64,000 nucleotides of DNA from an uncultured delta proteobacterium. Lineage in GTDB: Bacteria; Desulfobacterota; Desulfobacteria; Desulfobacterales; Desulfatirhabdiaceae. Below, in pieces: positions 1 to 10,192 of the stretch (position 1 is the first letter of the stretch; the number at the start of each line of letters is the position of its first letter). The notes beneath the pieces were generated by a model, which was not told the origin of the DNA, did no database searches, and saw only the letters and a list, made by a program, of their open reading frames with translations. The position numbers were made by a program, and so were the translations under genes. The stretch lies in the NCBI GenBank assembly GCA_963789395.1, contig CAWBKP010000014.1:128001-192000 (forward strand). The letters are read 5' to 3'.

Positions 1-758
1 GCAACTGCTTCAAACATTTGGCGTTTTGCAGAAAAGTTAAAATGGGTCGTTCGATGATCAGATCATCAAGGTCCAGTTGAAGAAGATCCTTGGCGGAGAT
101 TCGGTCGTAAAATGTCAGGTTCATAGGGTCAGTTTTTTTGGATCCGCGCTGTAAAGCCCTTTTTCATCTTTGAGGAATATCAGGGAACGTGCACCGATAT
201 TTTCCGCCAACAGGAACGCACCGCAATCGGTCCGGTGCGGCGGGATGGAGCCGTGTTCGGCAGGATGCTCGAAAAAACCGTAGGGCGGAACGCCATAAGT
301 GATGGGGAGATATCCCTGTCGGCAAAACATGGTCAACTGCTCCAGATTGTCGCCATGACCGATCTTCACCCCGCCGTGCTTGGCCAGAAGAACAGACAAT
401 ATCTCTGCGTTCTGCCAGGACACCTTGTCGCCTAGCTTTGATAACACGCCTGTAGGCATTCCCAAACCAGCCGATATTATACACATGCCGCGCGCGCGTG
501 CCGCCGCCGGTCATTAGCAATACTTGTGTTTTCCTGGCCTTGATCAGTTCATCCAGAATCGGCAAGAATCGCCTTTGAACCACGGTCCATAATACTTTGG
601 CCGCCGATTTTAATTACATTAATATCCGGATGCATGCGGAAATATTCCGATGTCTCGGTCTTCTTTAAAAGCGCTTTGCTGACTAACGACTCTCCCATTA
701 ACGGAGTGTCGATATGCAACCGGCCCATTTCAGACGATTCTTTAATTAATTTGCTCAT
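1..758 (-). CDS. Molybdenum storage protein (MosB)-like / amino-acid-kinase-fold protein; about 3 frameshifts; runs off the left edge
   Basis: Consecutive fragments in different frames: DTPLMGESL..HPDINVIKIGGQSIMDRG; ILPILDELIKARK..TGGGTRARHVY; LGMPTGVL..PPHRTDCGAFLLAE..KDEKGLYSADP; and, read by hand over 1-120, NLTFYDRISAKDLLQLDLDDLIIER. Sits next to Mo/W genes. Confidence 0.75.
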
Positions 759-1068
759 TTCCCTTATCCATTATAAAATTTTAAATTCATATAAATGTTA
801 TTCTTGTCATTAAAGATTGATTCAATTGACACTGTATAACGGACTTAATATATTCGTACAGTATACATTATTCTGATTGTTGTCATTATATTTTCTATCA
901 GTGATAATGTTGCTTGGTTCATCAGCTTTCCATTTTTATTGCAATACATTCGATGATATGGTCATCGCCTCTGAAATATTCAATTGTGTTCACATGGTAT
1001 CTCACTGTAAATAACAGGCTCTGAACGCCCTCCATCTTAAAACACTGTTTCAACATCCCCGTGATTAA

Positions 1069-2255
1069 TTAAATCTTGATCTTGGCTTTGCGGATGAAAA
1101 TATCCACAATAATCCCGATACCGAAAGCCCAGGTCATATTTGGAACCGACAGGGCAATTCCGCTGATGAGCAAAGCCACGAAATATTCCTCGTTGGCTTT
1201 GAGGCTGCGGATCAGCGGACAGAGCTCAAGCCCGGCAAAAATCAGGAGTACGCCCAGAACCGAGTTGGGTATCAGCGACAACAGCGTCAAACCCGCTTCC
1301 CCGAAAACCAGGGCCAGCACGACGAAAATGGCCCCGATTATCAATGGAGCGCTGCCGGTTCGCGCTCCGAAGCGGTAATGCGCTGCCAGGCCGCCGGTGC
1401 CATGACACATGGGTATGCCGCCGAACAGCCCAGTCGGCAGATTGGCAATGCCCATGGTCAGGGCGAAATTGCTAGCACTGGCCTTTTTCAGACTCGGATG
1501 TTCGGGGAATAGGACGCTACAGGTGTCGGCCGTACCTACACAGGCATTACCGATGGTCAGCGGGATTTGAGGCAGGATCAGCATGATAAAGGCAAGCCAC
1601 CATTCGTTGAGCGTGGGCACGATCAGATTGACAGGAGTAGGGCCTAAGGAGAAATTACGGCCGTCGAGACCGCCAAGTGCCAAACCGGCAATGATTCCGA
1701 TCCCGATGGCTGCAATATTGAAGGCAGTTGCTTGGTCAAGCAGCGCCAAACACGGGAAAGACAATCACCCCCAAAATGAAATGGTACGTAGTCTGCAAAA
1801 TGGCCGACCGCGCCGGAAAGAAACAGGCTCTGTTCGATAATTAGTTGAACACCTTTGCGCAGGAAAACAAGACCAAGGGCCAATTGGATGCCGCGCACCA
1901 CTGGCTGAGTGAACAATTTTGCCAATTTGTCCACAAAGCCGGTCAATGCAAACAGAAGCAGCAAGGCGCCGAAGATGACGCCTGCCGCTCCAATGACGGT
2001 TCGGTAATCAGCGCCGGGTTGGGGATCCAGATGGAGCCCACCGCTTTCAAAGGTTGTACGGGAACCGGCAGCCGATAGAAATATCCCTAATCATGTAAAA
2101 CAGGCCGAATGAAAGGAACACGATGGTCGGACTTAACTTATTGATCAGAATCATGGCCAGAACGATAGGAAGGAGCGTGCCCAAATCTCCGAAAGAGCCG
2201 GCCAACTCAATTCGGTCAAATCGAAACCTCTCATGCGGTAGGTCTCTCAGGCCAT
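1069..2255 (-). CDS. MOT1-family molybdate/sulfate transporter; several frameshifts
   Basis: N-terminal ELAGSFGDLGTLLP, internal VVRGIQLALGL, PQIPLTIGNA and PMCHGTGGLAAHYRFGARTG motifs spread over ORFs 2047-2406, 1644-1964 and 1069-1764. GGGAGG precedes the ATG at 2255. Confidence 0.85.
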
Positions 2256-2415
2256 CCGTCGAAACACCCTCCCCAGCAGCCGTCTTCGTTGCAAATACCA
2301 CAGGAAAGCATACAGCCATTAATCCCTTGATTCCGTTGGATCCCGAATGCTTGTTATTTCCCATTAGACACCTCGTAATATCTACAATTAGGAAAGTTCG
2401 AATCATCCAATCAAT

Positions 2416-2441
2416 AGCACGAATAAATAATTTATCGTGCT
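2416..2441. promoter_or_regulatory. Imperfect palindrome between the divergent MOT and tunR genes; candidate TunR operator
   Basis: AGCACGAATAAA-TAA-TTTATCGTGCT; arms are complementary apart from one missing base. Confidence 0.45.
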
Positions 2442-2589
2442 TGTTATTATCAACAAAGTTTATGAGCTGTCAAGTAAGTTTTTGGATGCTTTGCAAATAC
2501 CATCGGATGTGCTAAAAACAAGAGAGTTCTGTAAGTGATGTGTGGATTGGATTTAGGAGAATCCAACAACTGACTATCAACTGCAACAG

Positions 2590-3669
2590 GTGACCCTCAT
2601 GCCGCCTTCCATAATGAATCGGCCAGGCCAGGCAATCAATATCTCAGCGAAAAACGAGACCAATTGTTTAAATACGCTGCAACTGAGCCGACTGGAGCAA
2701 TCTTACCGCGAATGGGTGGAAAGTTCGCTGCGATCCGATATATCTTTATCCCGCAAGCGCATTCTGCTTATTTTTCTGTTGATCCGTTATACAGGAGCCA
2801 GACTGAACGAAGTCCTGGCATTGAATCCCCTTCAGGATATCGACCTGCACCGTCAGGTGGTATGTTATGGAAAAACCGGAGCTGAGAAAGGGCATAAAAT
2901 ACGTGAGGTCCAGATATCTGAAGCCCTTTCCAATGAGCTCCGGGCTGCCCTGGGAGGCCCTTTGCTGAAGCCGTCCACAAGCCATTGGTTTCAGGTTGAT
3001 CCAGGCCATGTCCGCCGCAAATTCTACGAGCGCGCAGCAGCCTGCGGCTTTCTCCCGGCGCATGGCGCTCCGGATGCCATCCGGAAGTCCCGGGGCGTGG
3101 AGATGATTCAGAACAACATGCCACTGCCGGTTGTCCAGCGGGTGCTGGGACATTCGACGCCCAATCTGGCCGCATCCTACGTTGAATTTTCCGATGAGGA
3201 CATTCAGCAGGCAAGCCGATTCTTCATTGAAAAAGAGTCGCTTCGAAAAACCAGTGCACGCAACATTTTTTTCGGTAAAATCCGCAAGATTCACCCTGGC
3301 GATATTCAGTCGAAAATCGACATGATCACCATCTCCGGGGCACCCGTGACAAGCGTTATCACCAATGACAGTCTGGTAAGGCTGGGATTGAAAATAGGAT
3401 CGCTGATTACCGCTGAAGTCAAAGCCCCCTGGGTGATTTTAAAAAAAGGCAGTGATGAACCGGACTGTACGGCGGAAAACCGGTTTCATGGCACCGTCTC
3501 CAAAATCACGGAAGGCAAGATCATCACTGAATACGTGGTTCGCCTTGAGGACGGGACGGAGCTGTGTTCCGTCATTACCCGGGAAAGCGGTCAACGCCTC
3601 GACCTTCAGAAAGGGGAGCCGATCTGGGTCTTGTTCAACTGCTTTTCCGTGGTGCTGCATCGAGATTGA
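2590..3669 (+). CDS. tunR: TunR-type tungstate/molybdate-responsive regulator (tyrosine-recombinase-like N-domain plus two TOBE domains)
   Basis: YTGARLNEVLAL and VLGHSTPNLAASY recombinase-like boxes, followed by KTSARNIFFGKI..SVITNDSLVRLGL..AEVKAPWV and CTAENRFHGTV..SVITRES TOBE repeats. Confidence 0.85.
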   Translation: MTLMPPSIMNRPGQAINISAKNETNCLNTLQLSRLEQSYREWVESSLRSDISLSRKRILLIFLLIRYTGARLNEVLALNPLQDIDLHRQVVCYGKTGAEKGHKIREVQISEALSNELRAALGGPLLKPSTSHWFQVDPGHVRRKFYERAAACGFLPAHGAPDAIRKSRGVEMIQNNMPLPVVQRVLGHSTPNLAASYVEFSDEDIQQASRFFIEKESLRKTSARNIFFGKIRKIHPGDIQSKIDMITISGAPVTSVITNDSLVRLGLKIGSLITAEVKAPWVILKKGSDEPDCTAENRFHGTVSKITEGKIITEYVVRLEDGTELCSVITRESGQRLDLQKGEPIWVLFNCFSVVLHRD

Positions 3670-3818
3670 CTTGAAATGCGCATTGCCTGTGATCGAAATC
3701 ATACACGAATCGGACCCTTCATTCCATACAACGAGTTGCACCACAACTACCCTCAAACCTGATGCTCTGGACAAGATCGTCGATATGGCGTTTGATGAAT
3801 CGGCGTGAAGACGTCAGT

Positions 3819-4997
3819 TTAGCAGGCAAAAGCCGAAATCACGGTTCCCGCAAGAATCACCCACAAAATATCCATCTTGAAATAAAGCGCGGCAAAGGCT
3901 GCAAAAGCCAGAGCTGCATGCGTCCAATCCCATTGAACACTTAAACCAAACCGGATGGTAACGGTGAAAAGAAGCCCCACAAAAGAGCAGAGGATGCCGG
4001 AGATGGCTCTGACAAAAAATGGTGATGAGCGCACCCTGTCAAACCATGGGGCAATGCCGACCAGAATGAGAAAAGACGGCAGAAAGATGCCCATCGTGCC
4101 GATGATCGCCCCGGGTATGCCGTAGATCAGATAGCCCACAAAGGTTGCTGTGATCACGATTGGCCCTGGCGTAAACTGCCCGAGAACGATCCCATTTAAA
4201 AACGTCGGTGCATCCATCCAGGAACGTACTTCAACGATCTCATGAAACATGAGCGGAACCGAAGCAAATCCCCCGCCGAAGGCCATGAGGTCGATCTTGG
4301 CCATGAGCACGGCAAGATGAAAAAGATCTTTTCGGAAGATGAGGAGCAAGGCAAGACCCGCGGCGGAAATAATGAGGAAGATCAGCAGCGGCAGGGTCGT
4401 ATGTCGCATTTTGGTTGATTGGCTCGCAATGCGGGCATGGGGCTTCCTGCCGTTCAGAAGCATCCCGAGGAGCGCCGCCAGGATGATAATGAGAACCGGG
4501 TTTGCCATCAACCCAAAAAGCCCTGCTGCAATAAGCGCGATAAGCGCACTTTTCCAGTCCTTCAGGGAAGTCCTGCTGAAAGATACCGTTGCATTGGCCG
4601 CAACAGCCACGATGACAGCCTGCAGACCGCTAAAGATCGAAACCACCGCCGGAAGCTCATGGGTGCGAACGAAGGCAATGGAGAGCGACAGCATCAGAAA
4701 AAAGGCCGGCAAAATAAATCCGATGTAACTTGCCATTGCCCCGCGTATCCCCCTGACTTTCAATCCGATGTAGGCCGCCATCTGCATGACAGTCGCACCG
4801 GGGATGGTTTGGCACAGGGCTACACCGTCCTGAAAAGATTCGCTGTCAAGCCATTTCTTCTTACCGACAGCCATCTTGCGGACGTATGGAATCATGGCGG
4901 GGCCGCCGAAGGCGGTGATTCCCAGTCTGAGAAAAGAGCCGAATAATTGAATCAATGCTGGATTTGGGGAAACAGGCTTGATTTCAACATCCTTCAT
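3819..4997 (-). CDS. chrA: Chromate ion transporter (long-chain CHR family), copy 1
   Basis: FLRLGITAFGGP, ALCQTIPG and second-domain AFGGG..GQFTPGPIVITATFVGY motifs. Confidence 0.9.
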   Translation of the reverse strand: MKDVEIKPVSPNPALIQLFGSFLRLGITAFGGPAMIPYVRKMAVGKKKWLDSESFQDGVALCQTIPGATVMQMAAYIGLKVRGIRGAMASYIGFILPAFFLMLSLSIAFVRTHELPAVVSIFSGLQAVIVAVAANATVSFSRTSLKDWKSALIALIAAGLFGLMANPVLIIILAALLGMLLNGRKPHARIASQSTKMRHTTLPLLIFLIISAAGLALLLIFRKDLFHLAVLMAKIDLMAFGGGFASVPLMFHEIVEVRSWMDAPTFLNGIVLGQFTPGPIVITATFVGYLIYGIPGAIIGTMGIFLPSFLILVGIAPWFDRVRSSPFFVRAISGILCSFVGLLFTVTIRFGLSVQWDWTHAALAFAAFAALYFKMDILWVILAGTVISAFAC

Positions 4998-5517
4998 GCA
5001 GATGGTCTCTTTCAATAATTTCAGGCAATTCACATTCATTCAGATCGAAGCTGGAAAACTGATATCCAAGATGATCTGCCTCTTGATCTGATTCTCGCCA
5101 TAATCTTTCAATACCATACCGGTTCGGTCGCATTTTTGAGAAGGTGATTCTGTACATGATTCTCTATCGGCGATTCAAGATTGTCTGTCTGTAATTCTCG
5201 GGAGGATAATTTCATAGCCGGGTAACTATACACCAGAATCGCATTCTATGGAAAGCAGGATTCTTTCCAGGAAAAAGAGACGAATTGTAAGTTTGGATCT
5301 TTACCGAGACTGCCGGATTCATGGAGTTATTTCTTCGTGAGAATTTCTTTATTTGACAACTCTGATCCGAAATTCAAAAAATCTGGGTTATTCTTGTCCT
5401 CGTAGGCGCATAACTTTTGCTACAGGTTGTTCAATCAGGCGCTGACTGTCCAGGAGGCGCGTCACAGGAAAGCGTTAAATCGGCAAGGGGATAGTTGGAG
5501 AGGTGATAAAAATGAAA

Positions 5518-5546
5518 CAGGCAGAAAGAACGGTTCTTTCTGCCTG
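5518..5546 (-). terminator. Intrinsic terminator downstream of the cooS / small-ORF unit
   Basis: Perfect 13-bp arms CAGGCAGAAAGAA-CGG-TTCTTTCTGCCTG, followed on the minus strand by TTTCATTTTT. Confidence 0.7.
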
Positions 5547-5643
5547 AAATTAAAATGGTTCACCATAATTGCCATGGCATCAAATCATACAACTTGGCTG
5601 GATTCTAAGATCTGAATACGGATGAACGAATCCTATTATCAAA

Positions 5644-5790
5644 TCATCCTGCAACATCGATGCCGAGATTACACCCCAGATGGGGGTCCGGGTTTTCACA
5701 TTCAAAATTGAAATGACGGGTATCGACATGGCCGCGATCCCGTTCTTCCTCTGACTCGATATATGATTGTTCTTTTACAGAGCTTTCCAT
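5644..5790 (-). CDS. Small 48-aa acidic His/Cys protein (not in the ORF track)
   Basis: Hand translation MESSVKEQSYIESEEERDRGHVDTRHFNFECENPDPHLGCNLGIDVAG*. AGGAGG lies 6 nt before the ATG; it has its own promoter upstream and a terminator downstream. Confidence 0.65.
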   Translation of the reverse strand: MESSVKEQSYIESEEERDRGHVDTRHFNFECENPDPHLGCNLGIDVAG

Positions 5791-5868
5791 AAGGCGCCTC
5801 CTGGTTTGAACTTCTTATTTGTTGTGTTTGAGCTTTTTTTAAGAATTATTCCTGAAGCTCTTTGGCAT

Positions 5869-5896
5869 ATTCTAAGGCCGCCTTTATGGTTGTCAA
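5869..5896 (-). promoter_or_regulatory. Sigma70-type promoter for the small ORF
   Basis: TTGACA-N16-TAGAAT on the minus strand. Confidence 0.55.
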
Positions 5897-5922
5897 TAAC
5901 TTGGTAATTGGAACCGCCTTAT

Positions 5923-7800
5923 TTACAGCGTATGCCCCAACCCCAGAGACTTTCTACGTTCCTCGATATGGCGGCGAATGAGAATCGCCGACTTTTCCGG
6001 GTCCGGCTCCACGGCAAAAACCGCACCAACGGCATCCCTGAGCCCTTCCGTGAGCAGCTTGACCACATTCAGGCTGCCGGCAATGGGCGGCATGGGGCCC
6101 AGCACCGTGTAAACCCCGGATGCCACGAAATACGCGCCGATGGACACCGCCTTTTCGGAATACCACTCCGGAGCGGCGCCGGCAATGGGAAGATCGCTGA
6201 TGTCCGCATTCAGGGCATTGGCCAGCGCACTGGCCAGTATCAGAATTCGCACATTGTCCACGCAGCTTCCCAGGTGCAGCACGGGCGGAATTCCCAGCGC
6301 GCCGCAGACCTCTTTTAAGCCCGGACCGGCAAATTGAATCGCATCCGGCATCTTGAACCCGGCCTTGGCTGTGGCAATGGCCGCACACCCGGTATCCACG
6401 ACCAGTATGTCGTTTTCAATCAGGCGCCTGGCCAGTGTGACATGTCCGTAATCATGGAGGATCTTGGGATTGTTACACCCCACGATGCCGGCTGCGCCGC
6501 GGATTTTTCCGGCCTTGATGGCATCTATCAGCGGCGCGGCAGTTCCGCCGAGGGCCCCGATAATGGCTTCCACCGAAAATCCGCCGATGGATTTCACCGG
6601 TTCCACCGGCAGGTAGACCTTGCGCCGTTTGTCATAATTTTCAATGGCTTCCCGCACCAGGGTCTTGGCCAGTTCTTCGGCATTTTCGGGGTGAAATTCC
6701 CGGTGCTGCATTCCGGGGAAGCGGGCCTTGTCGCTGGTGCTGATCATGCGGGTGTGATAGCAGGACGCCACCTGCCCCAGAGACGGCATGATGCACTGAT
6801 AATCCACAAGCATCATCTCCACAGCTCCTGTGGAAAGGACCAGTTCGGTCATGAGGTGGTTGCCGGCCATGGGAATGCCGTGCCGCATCAGCAGCTCGTT
6901 TCCGGTGCAGCAGACACCGGCCAGATTGATGCCGGTTGCGCCTTTACTTTTGGCCAGTTGCACCAGCTCCGGCGACTGTACGGCCGACAGGATCATCTCG
7001 GACACCACGGGATTGTGGCCGTGAACCACGATATTGACCTGATCGTTTTTGAGGACCCCGGTATTGACGCTGGTGGGCTTGGGTGTCGGCGTGCCAAAGA
7101 GGATGTCGGAGACATCCGTTGCGATCATGGAGCCCCCCCATCCATCGGACAGGGCATTGCGGAGCCCCTGAAGCAACAGGCTCTGCCACCCGTTGTCCAC
7201 GCCCATGTGCGTGCGATGCATCATTTCCGATGTTTCCCGATCGATCCCCCGGGGTGTGATGCCCAGATTTTTCCAGATCTCCCGCCGTTTGGCGGGCGCC
7301 CGCTTGACAAGGGAAAGCTCGGGGATGCGGGTGCCGTAATCCTCCTGCATGGCATAGGCCAACTCGCCGGCAACGACCAGCATGTCCTTTCCCTGCGTTT
7401 CAATGCCGTATTCGGCCGCAACGGACTTCAGCTTTTCCCCATCGCGAATGGCATACCCCGGGGCCTTGCCTTTGGCGACGTTGGCCAGGACCTCGACCAG
7501 GTCCCTGCCGTGATCCGAATGGGAGGCGGCGCCGGCGGCGATCATGCGGCAGAGATTCCGGGCCACGATAATGTCGGCGTCGGCCCCGCAAACACCTTGC
7601 TGCGGGCCTTCGCCGAAGGGATCCACCCGGCAGGGGCCCATGACGCAGTTCCGGCAGCTCAGCCCCAGTTCGCAGTATCCGCACTGGGGCAGCTGGGCCT
7701 GATGGCGGTCCCAGACGGTCTCGATCTGATCCGTCTGCGCTTTCTTGAGCAGCAGCTGCCCGTCTTCGGTAATAGTCTGTTGATGAAAAGTGCAGGTCAT
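5923..7800 (-). CDS. cooS: Anaerobic Ni-Fe carbon monoxide dehydrogenase catalytic subunit
   Basis: CGYCELGLSCRNCVMGPC, GVCGA, HSDHGR, HGHNP, VCCTGNE, DYQCIM, VGCNN, TGCAA, GSCVDN and SEKA motifs. AAGGAGG precedes the ATG at 7800. Confidence 0.97.
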   Translation of the reverse strand: MTCTFHQQTITEDGQLLLKKAQTDQIETVWDRHQAQLPQCGYCELGLSCRNCVMGPCRVDPFGEGPQQGVCGADADIIVARNLCRMIAAGAASHSDHGRDLVEVLANVAKGKAPGYAIRDGEKLKSVAAEYGIETQGKDMLVVAGELAYAMQEDYGTRIPELSLVKRAPAKRREIWKNLGITPRGIDRETSEMMHRTHMGVDNGWQSLLLQGLRNALSDGWGGSMIATDVSDILFGTPTPKPTSVNTGVLKNDQVNIVVHGHNPVVSEMILSAVQSPELVQLAKSKGATGINLAGVCCTGNELLMRHGIPMAGNHLMTELVLSTGAVEMMLVDYQCIMPSLGQVASCYHTRMISTSDKARFPGMQHREFHPENAEELAKTLVREAIENYDKRRKVYLPVEPVKSIGGFSVEAIIGALGGTAAPLIDAIKAGKIRGAAGIVGCNNPKILHDYGHVTLARRLIENDILVVDTGCAAIATAKAGFKMPDAIQFAGPGLKEVCGALGIPPVLHLGSCVDNVRILILASALANALNADISDLPIAGAAPEWYSEKAVSIGAYFVASGVYTVLGPMPPIAGSLNVVKLLTEGLRDAVGAVFAVEPDPEKSAILIRRHIEERRKSLGLGHTL

Positions 7801-7810
7801 AGTAACCTCC

Positions 7811-8413
7811 TTAGGCCGCATGTCTGACGGCAATCTGTGCGCGTTTGATGGTGTTCAGCAGGGTAAAGCCGGGAGAACCCTTGGGTGTGTCGATGCCCAT
7901 TGAAATGCTCTGGCTGACCTGATCGGTTTTTCGTTTCAGCGACTTCGAAGGATCTTCAAAGGTCAGGGCCCCGGATTTGCAGACCTCCACACAGGCCGGT
8001 ACTTGCCCCTGGAGCTGGCGCTCCAGACAGTTGTCGCATTTGATGGCAACAGCCTTTTTCGGTGGCGCGGAGCTGTCTTCATGGTACCGGATCACGCCGA
8101 ACGGGCAGGCCATGGCGCAGGATGCGCAGTTGATGCAGCGGTCCGGGTCGATAAGAACCGTTTCAGTCCGCAAATCCCGGTAGATCGCACCGGGCAGGCA
8201 GGCCAGCATGCAGGGCGCCGGATTGCAATGCCGGCAGCGGTTGGGAAATCCTTCATCAAAAAGCCCCACGCCCACATGAATCCGGGGTTTTGGCAAAGGG
8301 ACCTCCCGGATCGCCGATAAAAGCTGACGGGTCCGGGAATGGGCCGTGGCGCAGGCCGCCATGCACTGCATGCATCCCACGCACCGTTCCGGGTGAACAA
8401 TAACCTGATTCAT
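7811..8413 (-). CDS. cooF: CooF-like 4x[4Fe-4S] electron transfer protein
   Basis: CVGCMQCMAAC, CRHCNPAPC, CINCASCAMACP and KCDNC..PACVEVC motifs; directly upstream of cooS. Confidence 0.9.
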   Translation of the reverse strand: MNQVIVHPERCVGCMQCMAACATAHSRTRQLLSAIREVPLPKPRIHVGVGLFDEGFPNRCRHCNPAPCMLACLPGAIYRDLRTETVLIDPDRCINCASCAMACPFGVIRYHEDSSAPPKKAVAIKCDNCLERQLQGQVPACVEVCKSGALTFEDPSKSLKRKTDQVSQSISMGIDTPKGSPGFTLLNTIKRAQIAVRHAA

Positions 8414-8425
8414 AAAAACCTCCTT

Positions 8426-9659
8426 TCAGAACATCAGCGATTTGAGGGAAAGATGGGGTTCCAGCAATTTTCTCTTTGAAACCCGGACCGGGATTTCGTT
8501 CTGGATCATGGCCGTCAGAATCCCGCCGGTTTCAATCCGATTGACGAGGGTAGCGCCGATAAGCCGATCCCCTTCAAATACCAGACGGCGATACGTGTTC
8601 AGGCGCCGGTTCTGTTCGCTAAGAATCGTAAAGCGCGGATCATCCGGTGCATTCACCCATCCGGCAGCCAGAATGTCCAGATCAAAAATGCGAATGACGT
8701 TCCGGCTCAGGCTTCCCTTATATACGACAGGCGCGTCCGGCCATGTTCATACCGGCAATCCGCCCTTGTGCAACCGCTTCCGGCCAGATCGCATTTACCC
8801 AGCGGGTTTTTCTGGCGATATCCATGGATTCAGCCACATCGCCGGCGGCAAATATGCCGGGGAAGGAGGTTTGCAGGTGATCATCCACCACGATTCCCAG
8901 GTCCACCTGTATCCGGTCCCGAGGAACAAAGGTTAGACGGACGGCAGCACTCCTTTGCCGACAATGACCAGATCGCAGGAAACCTCGGACCCGTCGGAAA
9001 GAACCGCGCCGGTTACCGTATCGCTGCCTTGGAATCCCGTGACTTCCACACCGACCCGGACATCCAGTCCCCGGCGGGTCAGTTCGGCCAGAATCATGCC
9101 CCCGGCGGTTTCATCCACCTGAAGGGACAGGGGATAACCGGAGCGGATGAGCATGGTCACGTAATTCCCCGGTGCAAGAGCCCATGGCCGCCTTGAATCC
9201 GACCAGGCCGCCGCCCAGTACCAGGGCATGTCGCGTTCGGTGCATCACTTCCAGCATCTTCAGCACCTGATGCTGGTTCCGCATGAAAAAAATATTGGTT
9301 AAGTTGGAAGCAGATGCTTTTATTGGACGGGGGTCTGCGCCGGAAGCTATAAGAAGGGTATCAAAAGACAGGGCTTTTCCATCGGAAAGAAACAGGGTTC
9401 TTGCGTCCACATCCATCCGAGCGACCCGGCTTCCCAAAACCGGGGTAATGTTGAGGGCTTCGTAAAATTCAATCCCCGCGGACGGGAAGTTTCGCGGGGG
9501 AAATGGCACCTTCCAGGACAAGGCTTATCATGGGCCGGCAATAGGGAGTCGACCGACTTCATCTCTGACCATGGCAATACTGCCGGCACCATCCAGTTGG
9601 CGGATGGACTCTGCGGCACTGATACCGGCAATACCGTTTCCGATGATGACATGGTTCAT
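8426..9659 (-). CDS. FAD/NAD(P)-dependent oxidoreductase (FNOR); multiple frameshifts
   Basis: Hand-read start MNHVIIGNGIAGISAAESIRQ at 9659 with GGAGG RBS. Fragments LLIASGADP, VLGGGLVGFKAA, IFAAGDVAE and YRRLVFEGDRLIGA lie in successive frames. Confidence 0.85.
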
Positions 9660-9661
9660 GG

Positions 9662-10192
9662 CTAACCTCCTTCCTGGCGAATCCGACTGAAGGTCATGTG
9701 CTCATGGGATGTATCCAGGTAATTCTGAATGGGATCGGCGATGCGCGGAATGATTTCATGGGGAAATTCCTTTCGGAAGGTTGCCGGTGCCCCGGCAACC
9801 AAGTGATACGGCCCGACAATCTGGCCTTCCTTCAAAAGGGAGCCCGCGGCGACCATGGACCCCGTAAGGACCCGGCACTCATTCAGCAGCAGAGAGCCCA
9901 TGCCGATCAGGCAGTAATCTTCGATATAACAGCCATGCACCACGCAATTGTGGCCGATGGTGACATGCTTTCCGATATGCGCAGGCTTTCCGTAGTCCGT
10001 ATGCACCGTGCAGTTGTCCTGGACATTGGAGTTTTCCCCGACAAAAATCGGGGCCATATCTCCCCTTAGCACGGCACCATACCAGATGCTGGCCCCGTCC
10101 CGGATGTCAACATCCCCGACAATCACGGCAGTGGGCGCGATAAAAACACGGTTGCCGATTCGCGGTTTTTTCTCACCCAAATCTATTATCAT
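9662..10192 (-). CDS. Gamma carbonic anhydrase family protein
   Basis: Hexapeptide repeats, IWYGAVLRGD, NVQDNCTVH and TIGHNCVVHGC, with three Zn-ligand His. Confidence 0.9.
   Translation of the reverse strand: MIIDLGEKKPRIGNRVFIAPTAVIVGDVDIRDGASIWYGAVLRGDMAPIFVGENSNVQDNCTVHTDYGKPAHIGKHVTIGHNCVVHGCYIEDYCLIGMGSLLLNECRVLTGSMVAAGSLLKEGQIVGPYHLVAGAPATFRKEFPHEIIPRIADPIQNYLDTSHEHMTFSRIRQEGG

Noticed and set aside
2590..3250. Phage integrase marking a mobile island
   Set aside because: It is fused to two TOBE domains, HxxR is degenerate, there are no att/tRNA sites or phage genes, and the context is Mo/W; this fits TunR.
5427..5615. 62-aa plus-strand ORF
   Set aside because: TTG start without a clear RBS, runs through the terminator hairpin, and has no motifs.
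6334..7827. 497-aa plus-strand ORF
   Set aside because: Antisense shadow of cooS with no recognisable motifs.
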